This document shows positions 24,171-39,129 of a stretch of DNA of 64,000 nt, piece after piece. Origin of the DNA: Octopus sinensis (lineage: Eukaryota). The DNA is taken from assembly GCF_006345805.1 (NCBI RefSeq), contig NC_043026.1:10354001-10418000 (forward strand), written 5' to 3'. The stretch's first letter is position 1. Each line of letters starts with the position of its first letter. Both the position numbers and the translations under genes were made by a program. The notes beneath the pieces are model-generated. The model worked only from the letters and a program-made list of their open reading frames with translations. It made no database searches and had not been told where the DNA came from.

Positions 24171-24438
24171 TTTGTACAGAAGGGATAGCACAAAAAAAAA
24201 AAAACATTTAGGGATTGGGGTTATACATTGGTTAGATCGCATAAAAATCTGATATAATGAAATCGAAATAAATTTTTAAAAATTAAATACTCTTTTACTT
24301 ACTTCAGTCATTTCACTGCGGCCATGCTGTATAACTGCCTTTAGTCGAGGAAATCGAACCCAGGGCTGATTCTTTGGAAGCCTTGTACTTATTCTAGGCG
24401 CACGTCGAGAATAGCATTAAAGACTCCTAACATTATTA

Positions 24439-24696
<258 letters not shown>

Positions 24697-24777
24697 CTAA
24701 AATTTTTGAAAATACTTTAATCATATTTTCCATTGCATGGAACACAAGAATATGAAAAATATATAGCAAACAAGAGA

Positions 24778-25743
24778 CTACCCTTTTCCTTTCTTCCCTA
24801 TATGAATAGATTTGTGCTTTGATAAATCACATTTTTGAGAGAATGATTTACCACAAATATCACAGTGATATGCTTTCTCTCCTGTATGAATATGTTTGTG
24901 TCTTGTTAAGTTACTGTTTTGAGAGAATGATTTACCACAAATGTCACAGTGATAGGGCATCTCTCCTGTATGAATACGATTGTGTGCAGCTAAGGTACTA
25001 CTCATAGAGAATGATTTACCACAGATGTGGCAAGGGTATAGTTTCTCTCCAGTATGAATACGTTTGTGATCCACCAGGTTACTATTTTGAGAGAATGATT
25101 TACCACAGATATCACAACGATATGGCCCCTCTCTGGTATGGGTATGTTTGTGTGCAGATAAGTGACAACTCTTAGAGAATGATTTACCACAGATATCACA
25201 ATGATATGGTTTCTCTCCTGTATGGGTACGTCTGTGATCTATTAAGTTACTATTTTGAGAGAATGATTTACCACAGATATCACAATGATATGGTTTCTCT
25301 CCAGTATGAGTACGTTTGTGCGTAGTTAAAACATTATTTTGAGAGAATGATTTACCACAGATATCACAATGATATGGTTTCTCTCCTGTATGAGTACGTT
25401 TGTGTGTAAACAACTGACTCCTTTCAGGGAATGATTTACCACAGGTGTCACAGTGATATGGTTTTTCTCCTGTATGAGTACGTTTATGTATAGTTAAGAC
25501 ATGGTTGTGAGAGAATGATTTACCACAACTATCACAGTGATATGGTTTCTCTCCTGTATGAGTACGTTTGTGAGCAGTAACATAACCACTGTTAGAGAAT
25601 GATTTACCACAGATATCACAATGATATGGTCTCTCTCCTGTATGAACACGTTTGTGCACAGTTACATGACCACTGTTAGAGAATGATTTACCACATATAT
25701 CACAATGATAAGGTCTCTCTCCTGTATGAATACGTTTGTGCAT
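24778..25743 (-). CDS. ZNF2: C2H2 zinc-finger array, 11 fingers
   Basis: 321-aa ORF with all Cys/His ligands intact, ending KKGKG. Confidence 0.85.
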   Translation of the reverse strand: MHKRIHTGERPYHCDICGKSFSNSGHVTVHKRVHTGERPYHCDICGKSFSNSGYVTAHKRTHTGEKPYHCDSCGKSFSHNHVLTIHKRTHTGEKPYHCDTCGKSFPERSQLFTHKRTHTGEKPYHCDICGKSFSQNNVLTTHKRTHTGEKPYHCDICGKSFSQNSNLIDHRRTHTGEKPYHCDICGKSFSKSCHLSAHKHTHTREGPYRCDICGKSFSQNSNLVDHKRIHTGEKLYPCHICGKSFSMSSTLAAHNRIHTGEMPYHCDICGKSFSQNSNLTRHKHIHTGEKAYHCDICGKSFSQKCDLSKHKSIHIGKKGKG

Positions 25744-26699
25744 AATAGGTTATATTCTTTAAAAGAAGGACTTTGTACAGATGTCAGTCATATGATCCTA
25801 TCTCTTTTACCATGTGTTGAGAGGAAATCAATTCTATAATTTTCTCACTCTTTTCCATTACTTTTCCTCTCAAATCCAAGTTTATACATTTTCCTTCCTT
25901 TTCTTCTTGTACTTTATTTCTTACAAACAGTTCTTCTGCTGTATTTCTGTCCAGTTGTTACTCTTCTTTAGCAACACTTTCATTAATTAAATCCAACTTT
26001 AATTAGTACACAGGCTCCTCTTCTTGACACTCCAGTCAGGGATGTTCAGAAATTTGTCTAATAATATTAATTCAGAGCAAATATTTCACAGGAATTCTAT
26101 CACCGATTTCTAGAAACATTGTTATACATGTTTCCTATATATACTTGTTCAGTTTTAAAACATGGTAGATATTGAGGATATGTCATCTGATGTTCTGAAA
26201 TTATAGAGAAACGACATTGTAAGATGTAGAGGCTATTTAAAAAATACAGATTCGTTTCTATTGAGATAAACTGTAGAAATAAACATTTACCTCAACAACT
26301 GAGCTGTACGTCTCACAGCTATATAAAGTGCTAATCCCTAAAAAGTAAACTGAACGTGTGGGAGTGGAACTCCCAGAAAGACAGGTTATAAAGTTCTGAA
26401 GATGACAAAGGAAAAAGATTCCTGGCAGCTTGCTCTACTCAAGATCTGCAGTCCATAACAAAAGTGTTAAGACCTGTCCCTCTAGAGGCAAAAAGCACTT
26501 GTGGCCATTCCTCATAGAAGTGGCCACGAAGTGCCCTGCGCAATATGAAGTGGTTGGCACTACAAAAAGCATCCTGTAGAAATCACGACAAATCAGACTG
26601 GAGTCTGCTGCAGCTTCCCAGCCCTTGTCAAACCACCCAACCCATTCCAGCTTGGACAATGAAAGTTAAATGATGATGATGATGAACACGGTAATTTAG

Positions 26700-27339
26700 C
26701 AAAATTTACTTCACGGGAAGTCGATCCTACGACTTGCGCGTATGCAAATGAAGAGATTCGCGCATGCGCCATACATGCTTGCGAACAAAGTTAATAAAAC
26801 GCAAAATAATTTTTTAAACTAAATAAATTATTTTTTAAAACAATATAAATTTTTTTTACACAAATTAGATAAAATTTTTCGAACAAGGTAAATAAAACGC
26901 AAAGTAAATAATTTTTTAATAAACTAAGGTTGTTTTTTTAAAGAAAATGTTTTTATTTTTTTTTTTTACACAAATTAAATAAAAAGCAAATAGCAAATAA
27001 AAAAATTGAATATCTCACAGTTCTTGCAATCCGTTCGAAAATAGCACCAAACCATAAAATAAAATGTTGAAGTTCATTTGGTTTACTTGAATGTGAACCA
27101 TTCTGAAAGCTGCTTCAGAATGTTTTCAAAACATTCCTCCCCACCTTTTCCATATTCTTCTCTCCAAAGAATCCATCCTGGAACGATTCCGCCAGGTTCA
27201 TGTGTACAACCATCATACACTTGAAAACGTCTTTTTACATTCTCCCAACAACATTCCACAGAATTTGTGTGTATATTTGTTTTGGGATCTACGATGTTTT
27301 CAGAATGGTTCACCCTGAATCGCTAGTACTACCTGTACC
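26700..27339 (-). mobile_element. Internally deleted Merlin (IS1595/ISXO2-like) DNA transposon with transposase C-terminus
   Basis: ORF 27083-27313 NHSENIVDPKTNIHTNSVECCWENVKRR..ILWR resembles the ISXO2 NHS..F.DP...HT..IE..W...K motif; GGTAC terminus at 27339; subterminal repeats shared with the GGTAC MITEs. Confidence 0.75.
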
Positions 27340-27869
27340 GTTTAATCAGAATAAATATATTTCTTTCCTTTAACCTTTTATGCAGTTTGACCACGCATAG
27401 AGGAAACAAACACAGTGAACTTTATAGATGTAGATGAAAACAATCATATCTGGGAGATCAAAAATTTAACAGAAGAAATGACAGATGGTTATGTGCAGAC
27501 ACTTCTGAAGTTCCAAGTGTTATGCATACAAAATTTCCTGCAATAGCAGCCAAATGAAGGCCATCTCTCATCCATAGGAAATAAAAGAAAGAATCGATGC
27601 GCTAATATCCCACAACAGTTGCGGAGTCCATTCTTTTACAAGGAATAACACTCATCGACGCACCAAAGACCGAACTTAAAGACGAAGGAATTAACCTGGC
27701 AATGCACCTTCCATAGCTAGAAATAGCAGCCAAATGAAGGCGTCCTCTCATTCATAAGAAATAAAAGAGAAAGAATCGACGCGCCAAAGACCGAACTTAA
27801 AGACGAAGGAATTAACCTGGCAATGTACCTTCCATAGCTAGAAATAGCAGCCAAATCTCACATAATTCA

Positions 27870-28090
27870 TTGAATCTCTACAGAATTAAAAACACGAAAT
27901 AATTTCACAGTTGAATACTTACGGAAATGTTTCACAAAGGACAGTGTTGTTATGTATGTGTGTGTCTGGTAGTTGAGGAATACATTAGAACTATTATAAA
28001 TGTATTCTTAGCTGACGAAGAGAAATTCACGCACCTTGACATTTAACTATGTAACAGCGCAAAGGATGAAGTTCGCTGAATGCGCATGCG
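27870..28090 (-). promoter_or_regulatory. Putative promoter/first exon of ZNF2
   Basis: TGCGCATGCG at 28081-28090; donor GTAAGTAT at 27922. Confidence 0.6.
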
Positions 28091-28363
28091 TGGTCCCCGC
28101 CCTTTTGAAATATTTGTGGTAGCTCTGTGTGTGTGTAATTATCTCCCTTTATGAATCTGTTGATGTCTGAGGGCGTGTCCGTCCAGAGGGACTTCTTGAA
28201 GCTTTGGTGGAAGCCGAATGTGGCCACCTCGAGTAAACTATTATCTCCCAGCTGTAATCGAGTCGATGTTTTTTTGGTCTTTTACTGTAATTTTATTTCT
28301 GGATGGGATACTCTGTTTTAGGCGATACTTCGGTATATGTACCGGTGTACTTCCGGAAGTACC

Positions 28364-29160
28364 GGATACATTTCGAAAAAAGGTTAGGGTTAAGGGTGGG
28401 AGAAAAGGGTTTCTGCTATCTTCAGAAATGTAAACAAAGTGAGGCGTGTACCTATACCGATGCATCGCCACATACCCTAACCATAAACACCCCCCCCCCA
28501 CCAGATATAAAAAAATACTTCTTTGAAATGTCTGCAATTATCCATCTTCACACACATCCCGCACGGATACATTTCAAAAAAAGGTTAGGGTTAGGGTGGG
28601 AGAAAAGGGTTTCTGTTATCTTCAGAAATGTAAATAAAGTGACGTGTGTACCAATACCGAAGCATCGCCACATACCCTAATCATAACCCCCCCCCCCATC
28701 CGATATAAAAAAATACTTTTTTGAAATGTCTGCACTTATCCATCTTCACACACATCCCGCACGGATACATTTCAAAAAAAGGTTAGGGTTAGGGTGGGAG
28801 AAAAGGGTTTCTGTTATCTTCAGAAATGTAAATAAAGTGACGTGTGTACCAATACCGAAGCATCGCCACATACCCTAATCATAACCCCCCCCCCATCCGA
28901 TATAAAAAAAAATACTTTTTTGAAATGTCTGCACTTATCCATCTTCACACACATCCCGCACGGATACATTTCAAAAAAAGGTTAGGGTTAGGGTGGGAGA
29001 AAAGGGTTTCTGTTATCTTCAGAAATGTAAATAAAGTGACGTGTGTACCAATACCGAAGCATCGCCACATACCCTAATCATAAACCCCCCCCCCATCCGA
29101 TATAAAAAAAATACTTCTTTGAAACGTCTGCACTTATCCATCTTCACACTCATCCCGCAC
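28364..29160. repeat. About 199-bp tandem repeat, 4 units, containing GGTTAGGGTTAGGG
   Basis: Unit starts at 28364, 28565, 28763 and 28962. Confidence 0.95.
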
Positions 29161-29164
29161 TTAA

Positions 29165-29760
29165 ATTTCTGCAAACCAGAATACTTCATAATTTTTATCC
29201 TCAAGCTGTAAAATATTGGTATACCTTTTTTCAGCTTTTCCCTTTGCTAAATAAACCTGTCCCCTAGCTTCTCTTCCGGCTGTCGACTGTTCCTTTTCTT
29301 CCAAGACTGCCTTTTTGTTTTTATTGCTTAGTATACTTCCCTGTTCTGCCATCACGTCACCTTTCACCTGGCTGACATTTTCCACACATTTCTTCAGAAG
29401 TTCTCCGTAGTTTGTCGTGTAAGATCTTCTGATTGTCTTCTATGTTATACATCTCCACATTTCCAAATGTTTGAAGTCATCCTGAGCTTCCAGATTTTCC
29501 TCTTCCAGGTCGATTGAAATCTCTTAGACCTTGTTCTAAGTTGCACGACACTCAATGTTATCTTATGATATGAAGTCCATTCTTTACCAAGGAGCGGCTT
29601 AGCATTCACAAGTGTCTACCTATCCTACTTTCTGTTGAGAATGTAGCCAATCTGGCTTGTCTCATAAGATTCGTAGGTGATCAAGTGGCTGGTAGATTTC
29701 ACCAAAATCTGAAGTTAGTATTCACAAAAACAGAGTGGGGTTTAGAATGATCAAAATATC
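29165..29760 (-). mobile_element. RTE-like LINE internal fragment (endonuclease-RT linker)
   Basis: LLKKCVENV..KAVLEEK..AGREARGQVYLAKGKAEKRY..EVFWFA resembles the RTE linker region. Confidence 0.55.
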
Positions 29761-30236
29761 TTCCAAAATGTTTTTTCTATTTAATGAAAATAATCCTAAT
29801 CTGGACCCTTGAAAATTTATCTCTGCAAAGTTTAATTCAGAGAAACTATTTTTCAGAAATCAACAAGGAATAAGTCCCCTCCATTCTGCACTTGGGGCTC
29901 ATTGTTTATGTACATATTTCACAAATTTACAATATTACAGTGTATGAAAAAGTCAAGACTTTTATTATTGTATAACATATTTAATGGGTGAAGGTAATAA
30001 ACATATATATATTTATATATACAGAAATTTAAGGATGTGATATTCACTAAATAATAAAGTGTAGGGTTTCCAGTACAGAGGTCCTTACATCACAGAAAGG
30101 AAACTGCACAAGTAGAAGTGGAACAAAGAGAAGTGAAAATTGCATAAACAAAACAAAAATTATTTTTGAACTATTTCAGTCACATTTTCCATTGCACGAA
30201 ACACAGGAATACTAAAAATATATAGCAAACAAGAAA

Positions 30237-30498
<262 letters not shown>

Positions 30499-31452
30499 TT
30501 ACTCTCCAGTATGAATATATTTGTGTCTAGATAAGTGACTACTGTCAGAGAATGATTTACCACAGATATCACAATGATATGGTTTCTCTCCCGTATGAAT
30601 ACGTTTGTGTCCAGTTAAGTGACTATTTTGAGAGAACGATTTACCACAGATATCACAGTGATGCGGTTTCTCTGCTGTATGGATGGATTTGTGCCTACTT
30701 AATGCACAATTTTGAGAGAATGATTTACCACAGATACCACATTGATATGGTTTCTCTCCTGTATGAATACGTTTATGTGCAGTTAAGATACTATTAAGAG
30801 AGAATGCTTGACCACAGACATCACAATGATATGGCTTCTCTCCTGTATGAATACGCATATGCGAAGTAACTTGAGTGCTTCTGGAGAATGATTTACCACA
30901 GATATCACAATGATGTGGCTTTTCTCCAGTATGGATATCTTTGTGTGCAGTTAAGTTACTATTTTGAGAGAATGATTTGCCACAGATATCACATTGATAT
31001 GGCTTTTCTCCAGTATGAATGAATTTGTGTCTAATCAATGTACTACTTTCAGAGAATGATTTACCACACATATCACAATGATATGGCTTCTCTCCTGTAT
31101 GAATACGTTTATGTGATATTAAGATACTATTAAGAGAGAATGATTGACCACAAACATCACAATCATATGGTTTCTCTCCTGTATGAATACGTTTGTGTGT
31201 AGTGACATGAATGCTTCTAGAGAATGTTCTACCACAGATATCACAATGATATGGCTTCTCTCCTGTATGGATATGTAAGTGTTTTGTTAAGTTACTATTT
31301 TGAGAGAATGATTTACCACAGACATCACAGTGATATGGTTTCTCTCCTGTATGAACACTTTTGTGTCTAGATAAGTGACTACTGTGAGAGAATGATTTGT
31401 CACAGACATCACAATGATATGGCTTCTCTCCTGTATGAGTACTTTTGTGCAT
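30499..31452 (-). CDS. ZNF3: C2H2 zinc-finger array, 11 fingers, truncated by a K->stop in a TGEKP linker
   Basis: 317-aa ORF. Confidence 0.8.
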   Translation of the reverse strand: MHKSTHTGEKPYHCDVCDKSFSHSSHLSRHKSVHTGEKPYHCDVCGKSFSQNSNLTKHLHIHTGEKPYHCDICGRTFSRSIHVTTHKRIHTGEKPYDCDVCGQSFSLNSILISHKRIHTGEKPYHCDMCGKSFSESSTLIRHKFIHTGEKPYQCDICGKSFSQNSNLTAHKDIHTGEKPHHCDICGKSFSRSTQVTSHMRIHTGEKPYHCDVCGQAFSLNSILTAHKRIHTGEKPYQCGICGKSFSQNCALSRHKSIHTAEKPHHCDICGKSFSQNSHLTGHKRIHTGEKPYHCDICGKSFSDSSHLSRHKYIHTGE

Positions 31453-32196
31453 AATTAGGTTATATTCTTTAAAAGAAGGACTTTGTACAAATGTCAGTCA
31501 TATGATCCTATGTGTTGAGAGGAAATCAATTCTATAATTTTCTCACTCTTTTCCATTACTTTTCCTCTCAAATCCAAGTTTATACATTTCCCTTCCTTTT
31601 CTTCTTGTACTTTATTTCTTACAAACACTTCTTCTGCTGTGTTTCTGTCCAGTTGTTACTCTTCTTTAGCAACACTTCCATAAATTTATCCAACTTTAAT
31701 CAGTACACAGGCTCCTCTTCTTTGACACTCCAGTCAGTGATGTTCACATATTTGGCTAATAATATTATGTCAGAGTAAATGTTTCACAGGAATTCTAGCA
31801 CAGATTTTGTAGAAACAATCTGATACATTCGTTTTGTGTAATATTTGCCTTTTGTCTTTAAAACATGGTAGATATTGAGGATATTTTTTTCCATTACATC
31901 AATGTCATTTGATGTTCTGAAATTATAAAGAAACAACAATGTAAGATGTAGAGGCTACTTAAAAAATACAGATTCATTTCTATTGAGATAAACTATAGAA
32001 ATAAACATTTACCTTAACAACTGAGCTGTATGTCTCACAGCTATATAAAGTGCTAATCCCTAAAAAGTAAACTGAACGTGTGGGAGTGGAACACCCAGAA
32101 AGACAGGGTATGAAATGCTGAAGAACCTTTCATGGGAGATGCCACAGGAACAAGATTCCTGGGGTCTTGCTGTAATCAAGACCTGCACTTTTGTAC

Positions 32197-32480
32197 GTGT
32201 GTTTACGTCCCCGTAACCGCTAAGTTACGGGGACGTAAACACACCACCATCGGTTGTCAAGCGATGATGGAGGGGGGGACATATACAGATACACAAACAT
32301 ATATCTTTATGTATACATATATACGACGAGCTTCTTTCAGTTTCCGTCTACCAAAATCCACTCGCAAGGCTTTGGTCGGCCCGAGGCTATAGTAGAAGAT
32401 ACTTGCCCAAGGTGCCACGTAGTGAGAATGAACCCGGAACCATGTCGTTGGTAAGCAAACTACTTACCACAGCCACTACT
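32197..32480 (-). mobile_element. SINE family A, 3'-truncated with a fold-back end
   Basis: Homology to family A; 21-bp perfect stem at 32197-32244. Confidence 0.8.
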
Positions 32481-32637
32481 GTGTACTTTTTTTTTACAAA
32501 AAACTCCTACATAATCGAAATATCATTATTTCTAAGTCTCTCTGAAGGAGACTACGGCAGCGGTACTGGATATTAACAGTCATCGCCAAGCGAATATGGC
32601 AGACCATGAATATAGGACGAAAGCTGCCGTTGATACT

Positions 32638-33856
32638 CATCCTTAGCTAGAAATAACAGCCAAATGTCGCATGAATCATAGACGTCTCTCTTCAATAGCT
32701 AGAAATAGCAGCTAAATCCAGCCCAATCAAGGATATCTCTCATCCTTAGCTAGAAATAGCAGCCAAATGTCGCATGAATCATAGACGTCTCTCTTCAATA
32801 GCTAGAAATAACAGCTAAATCTAGCCCAATCAAGGATATCTCTCATCCTTAGCTAGAAATAACAGCCAAATGTCGCATAAATCATAGACGTCTCTCTTCA
32901 ATAGCTAGAAATAGCAGCTAAATCCAGCCCAATCAAGGATATCTCTCATCCTTAGCTAGAAATAACAGCCAAATGTCGCATAAATCATAGACGTCTCTCT
33001 TCAATAGCTAGAAATAGCAGCTAAATCCAGCCCAATCAAGGATATCTCTCATCCTTAGCTAGAAATAACAACCAAATGTCGCATGAATCATAGACGTCTC
33101 TCTTCAATAGCTAGAAATAGCAGCTAAATCCAGCCCTATCAAGGATATCTCTTATCCTTAGCTAGAAATAACAGCCAAATGTCGCATGAATCATAGACGT
33201 CTCTCTTCAATAGTAGCTAAATCCAGCCCAATCAAGGATATCTCTCATCCTTAGCTAGAAATAACAGCCAAATGTCACATGAATCATAGACGTCTCTCTT
33301 CAATAGCTAGAAATAGCAGCTAAATCCAGCCCAATCAAGGATATCTCTCATCCTTAGCTAGAAATAACAGCCAAATGTCGCATGAATCATAGACGTCTCT
33401 CTTCAATAGCAGCTAAATCCAGCACAACTCAAGGGCATCTCTCATCCTTAGCTAGAAATAACAGCCAAATGTCGCATGAATCATAGACGTCTCTCTTCAA
33501 TAGCTAGAAATAGCAGCTAAATCCAGCCCTATCAAGGATATCTCTCATCCTTAGCTAGAAATAACAGCCAAATGTCGCATGAATCATAGACATCTCTCTT
33601 CAATAGCTAGAAATAGCAGCTAAATCCAACCCAATCAAGGATATCTCTCATCCTTAGCTAGAAATAACAGCCAAATGTCGCATGAATCATAGACGTCTCT
33701 CTTCAATAGCTAGAAATAGCAGCTAAATCCAGCCCAATCAAGGATATCACTCATCTTTAGCTAGAAATAACAGCCAAATGTCGCATGAATCATAGACGTC
33801 TCTCTTCAATAGCTAGAAATAGCAGCTAAATCCAGCACAACTCAAGGGCATCTGTC
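32638..33856. repeat. 103-bp minisatellite, about 12 units (dimer of roughly 50-bp monomers)
   Basis: ccttagctag at 32641, 32744, 32847 and onward; each unit has two tagctagaaata starts. Confidence 0.95.
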
Positions 33857-33889
33857 ATTTATAAAGCATAGAAATTGTACTAAGAACCG

Positions 33890-34100
33890 ACACGCCATAC
33901 ACCAAACGTCTACAGAATTAAAAACAATGAATATTTTCATTGTTTAATACTTACGGAAATGTTTCATAAAGGACAGTGTTGTTATATGGGTGTGTTTTCT
34001 GGCAGTTGAGGAATAAATTGTAAGTATTATAAATGTTTTGTCAGCTGATAAAGATGATAAATTCGTGCACAGGACATTTAATCGTGCAATGCGCATGCGT
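33890..34100 (-). promoter_or_regulatory. Putative promoter/first exon of ZNF3
   Basis: TGCGCATGCG at 34090-34099; donor GTAAGTAT at 33954. Confidence 0.6.
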
Positions 34101-34270
34101 GTGTTCGTTGCTGAAATATTGACGGCAGCTAAGGCTAATTACCTCCCTCTACGTATGAATATATTGCTGTGGACGTTTGTTGGTTGAGCGAAGTGGTCTT
34201 CGTCCCAGTAGTGGGAGAAGTCCGAAACGTGGTCCTTTGCTATTCGTAAGACCCGCAGAAGAGAAAGCAG

Positions 34271-34673
34271 GGCGATCTTTCGTCTCTAGTAGACCTTTCC
34301 GTCGATTTCCGTAAAATTTTTTTTTTTTTTTACATATGGGCTTGCGGGAACTTTTGAAGTAATATACATACATATACACATACACCGAGTAAAAAATTTC
34401 AGTTATCTCTTTCTTTCACACATTACTCTGTCTCTTCACTTACACAACATACTGTCTGTCTCCCACACCCCATCAAACACACACACACACACACATGTAC
34501 ATCAATGCTTCCCCTGGACGGTAACTTCAAAAGAACTTCCCTCGTCATACAATCGCGTTCTCTTAGTCTCTTTCGCTCTCATTACTTCAAAAGTTCCCGC
34601 AAGCCCATATGTAAAAAAAAAATTTTTTTTTACGGAAATCGACGGAAAGGTCTACTAGAGACGAAAGATTGCC
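34271..34673. mobile_element. MITE, GGCGATC family, with 8-bp TSD
   Basis: TSD gaaagcag at 34263-34270 and 34674-34681. Confidence 0.92.
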
Positions 34674-34681
34674 GAAAGCAG

Positions 34682-34940
34682 GTCAACCCCCGACACCGAG
34701 AGCATCGACAGATGGATGAATGCGCATCCAGGCTCGGCGGTTGCGTAGGAAGTCGCGGACAAGAAACAGGAAGAAAGAGTGAGAGAAAGTTGGGGCGAAA
34801 GAGTATAACAGGAGGGGTCGCCCCCCTGCCGGAGCCCCGTGGAACTTTTAGGTGTTTTCGCTCAATAAACACACACAACGCCCGGTCTGGGAATCGAAAC
34901 CGCGAGTCGGCTGCCCTAACCACTGGGCCATAGCGCCTCC
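34682..34940 (-). mobile_element. tRNA-derived SINE family C
   Basis: Reverse complement of ggcgcaatggcccagtggttagggcagc..ggtttcgattccc; copies at 45302, 45760, 51245 and 56893. Confidence 0.8.
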
Positions 34941-35123
34941 ACTGCTGTTCATGTGTGTGCGCGTGTCCCGTAATAACATTATTGGGAGAGGGGTAAGAAA
35001 TTGGAGACGCTTAGCTGAGAGAAGTTAGAAGTCAGTATGAGTATGAGTTAAGGTACTTGTGAATCTGATTGGAGGAATGAAAGTAATTACTCCATCCAGT
35101 AATGCTCACAAATTTGGCTAATA

Positions 35124-35631
35124 TCTATATATATAAAACTCTAGTTGTGTGAGTGTCTGTCCCCTTCGATTTAGATTCCTAACTACTTCCACATTTTGCG
35201 ATGCAGTTTAACCAAATTCGGGTATCTTATAGTCGTGATTCATATCGAGCCCGTCTGGCTATTAGCGCGCGTCTACGATGAGTCTACGATTTTAAAAATA
35301 ATTTAACATCATTTTTTATTCCATTTTAATGCATAATTTTTCGTGTGTCGATGGCGGCGGAGTTGGCGTCCATGGTCACACCTGCACCTGTTTGCTTCTC
35401 CCCCTCCCCTCCCTCGTGAAGCTGTGGGGGAAGGGAGTGTAAGGAAATCAACGTCGTAAAGCGTTGTCAAGGAGACCAGCGTTCTTTTAGAACGACTTCA
35501 TGGCTTGAAGACACCAAAACAGAAATGGCTAAGAAAGCCCAAATTGGCATCTATAAGGGAAGTAACTCTCTAAAAATGCTTATATAGTTATTTCCCTTAC
35601 AAACCCGAGCAACGCCGGGCGATACTGCTAG
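35124..35631 (+). mobile_element. Non-autonomous Helitron
   Basis: 5' TC, 3' CTAG, inserted between A and T, subterminal hairpin cccg-agcaacgc-cggg, no TSD. Confidence 0.85.
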
Positions 35632-36442
35632 TTATTATTATTTCAAATTCCGCCGAGGTCGACTTTGCCTTTCATCCTATCGGGGTTTTAGCCATATCAA
35701 AATTAATCCCTTCATTCTGGCCCTGTTTTTTAGGCTATTTACAGTTGGTTGATATTTCTTGACGCCAACCTCTTTACTGGTAGCAATATGGTTTTATGAC
35801 AGCTGATTCTTCTTAAATTGCTAACTTGACACCAACCGCTTTACTTGATTCTTATAGGATGCAGAAATATGGTTTCCTGTCAAAATCGATTCTATATGAA
35901 ACAACAAATCACCAATGAATAAGTGTGAATTTATTCATACATGAAAAGAAATACAACATTGATGATAACAGCTTTCCAATACTATTTTACATTGCTCCAA
36001 CTATATCCGCATTCTTTAGAAACAAACCAGGAATCAGGATGGTGTGGAGCACAGCACTAAACTATACTTATGCCCCATGTTTTTCCTTGGGAGTCATTGT
36101 TTATGTACATATTTGACAACTTTACAATATTCCTGTGCATGAAAAAGTCATAACACACGCTATTGTAAAACTGAAACATTTAAAAGATAATAAACAATAA
36201 ATATACAGCAATTTAGGGATGTGATATTCAATAAAAAATAATGTGTAGGGTTGCACGTGGGAAGAGTTCTTGTATAGAGGTCCTTACATCACAGAAAGGA
36301 ATTTGCATGAACAGTTGTGGGACAAGGAAAGGCAAAAAATGCAATAACACAGCAAAAATATCTAAAATTTTTGAAAATACTTTAATCATATTTTCCATTG
36401 CATGGAACACAAGAATATGAAAAATATATAGCAAACAAGAGA

Positions 36443-37129
<687 letters not shown>

Positions 37130-38044
37130 TCATCTCTTTTACCATGTGTTCAGAGGAAATCAATTATACAATTTTCTCACTCTCTTCCATTATTTTTCTT
37201 CACAAATCCCAGTTTATATATTTTTCTTGCATTTGTTCTTTTACTTAATTTCTTACAAACACTTCTTCTGCTCTATTTCTGTTCAGTGTTACCTTTATTT
37301 AGCAACACTTTCATAAATTTATCCATCTGCAATGAGTACACAGGCTCCTCTTCTTTGACACTCCAGTCAGGGATTTTCACAAATATGGCTAATAATATTA
37401 ATTCAGAGCAAATGTTTCACAGGAATTCTACCAGAGATTTGTAGAAACAATCTGATACATTTGTTTTGTGTAATATTTGCCTTTTGTCTTTAAAACGTGG
37501 TAGATATTGAGGATGCGTCTTCCGTTACATCAATGTCATCTGATGCTCTGAAATTATAAAGAACCAACAGTGTAAGATTTAGAGGCTACTTAAAAAATAC
37601 AAGTTTATTTCTGTAGAAACAAACATTTACCATAACAACTGAGCTGGATTCTGACAAAAGCGGATGAGACATGTGGAAGTGCGACTCCCAGAAAGACATG
37701 GGATGAAATACTGAAGAACATTTCAGGTGAGATAAAAAGGTCCAACATACCTGGTGCCTTGCTGCACTCAAGAAGATCTGCATTCCATAACAGAAGTCTT
37801 AAGACCTGTCGCTCTGGAGAGGAAAAGCACTTGTGGCCATGTAAAAGTTCTGTCACATTAAAGTGTCCATGTGGTGCCACATAAAAGCAGCCTGAATACT
37901 GTCAGGTGGTTAACACTAGGAAGGGCATCCAGTAGAAACCAAGGTAAATCGGACTGGAGTCTGCTGTAGATCTCCAGCTTGCCAGCCCTGCTCAAACCAT
38001 CCAACCATGCCAACATAGACAATGGACATTAAAAGATGATGAAT

Positions 38045-38548
<504 letters not shown>

Positions 38549-38659
38549 TCATCTCTTTTACCATGTGAATACCAAATTATTAAGTGAATACCAATTTATT
38601 AAAATTTACATTACAAAATCTTGTCTGAGGCTGACATGTTTGTAATCTACACTGAAACT

Positions 38660-38938
38660 GGCATTCTTTCGATATAACTCGACAAAATCAAAACGTTTCA
38701 CTTCGGATATTTCCGTGGAAGCAAATGACAGTTCGATTCTGTTTTCTGCTTGGAAATTTACGGATTTTACATACAGACACGAAACAGGGAAGGACAAATA
38801 TGCAAGGCTTTTTTTTCTTTTCTTCAAGTTTAAAGCGAGAAATTGCTGGCATAATTTCGTTACATCTAAACTCCACAACCCACGGAGATACCCGAAGCGA
38901 AATGTTTTGATTTTGTCGAGTTATATCGAAAGAATACC
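38660..38938. mobile_element. MITE with GG..CC TIRs (about 55 bp) and near-perfect 8-bp TSD
   Basis: ggcattctttcgatataactcgac / gtcgagttatatcgaaagaatacc; flanks ctgaaact / ctgaaacc. Confidence 0.8.
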
Positions 38939-39129
38939 CTGAAACCTTCACATTGTGTAACACTTTTAAAATAAAACTACAGAATAGTGGAGACTAACAT
39001 TCGTCTTTCTCCAGAAAGAGAACTTGACATTGTTCTTTAGATCCAGGTCAGCTCTGACTGAGCAGACATGTGATTATAGATATTCCATCCATGAACATCC
39101 TGTCTGTTTCTAGGACTACATCATCCAAT

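Noticed and set aside
28027-28227. ORF overlapping the ZNF2 promoter
   Set aside because: Short, no homology, not conserved in the four paralogous modules.
28380-29000. Interstitial telomere suggested by TTAGGG
   Set aside because: Only two hexamers per 199-bp unit, embedded in MITE-related sequence.
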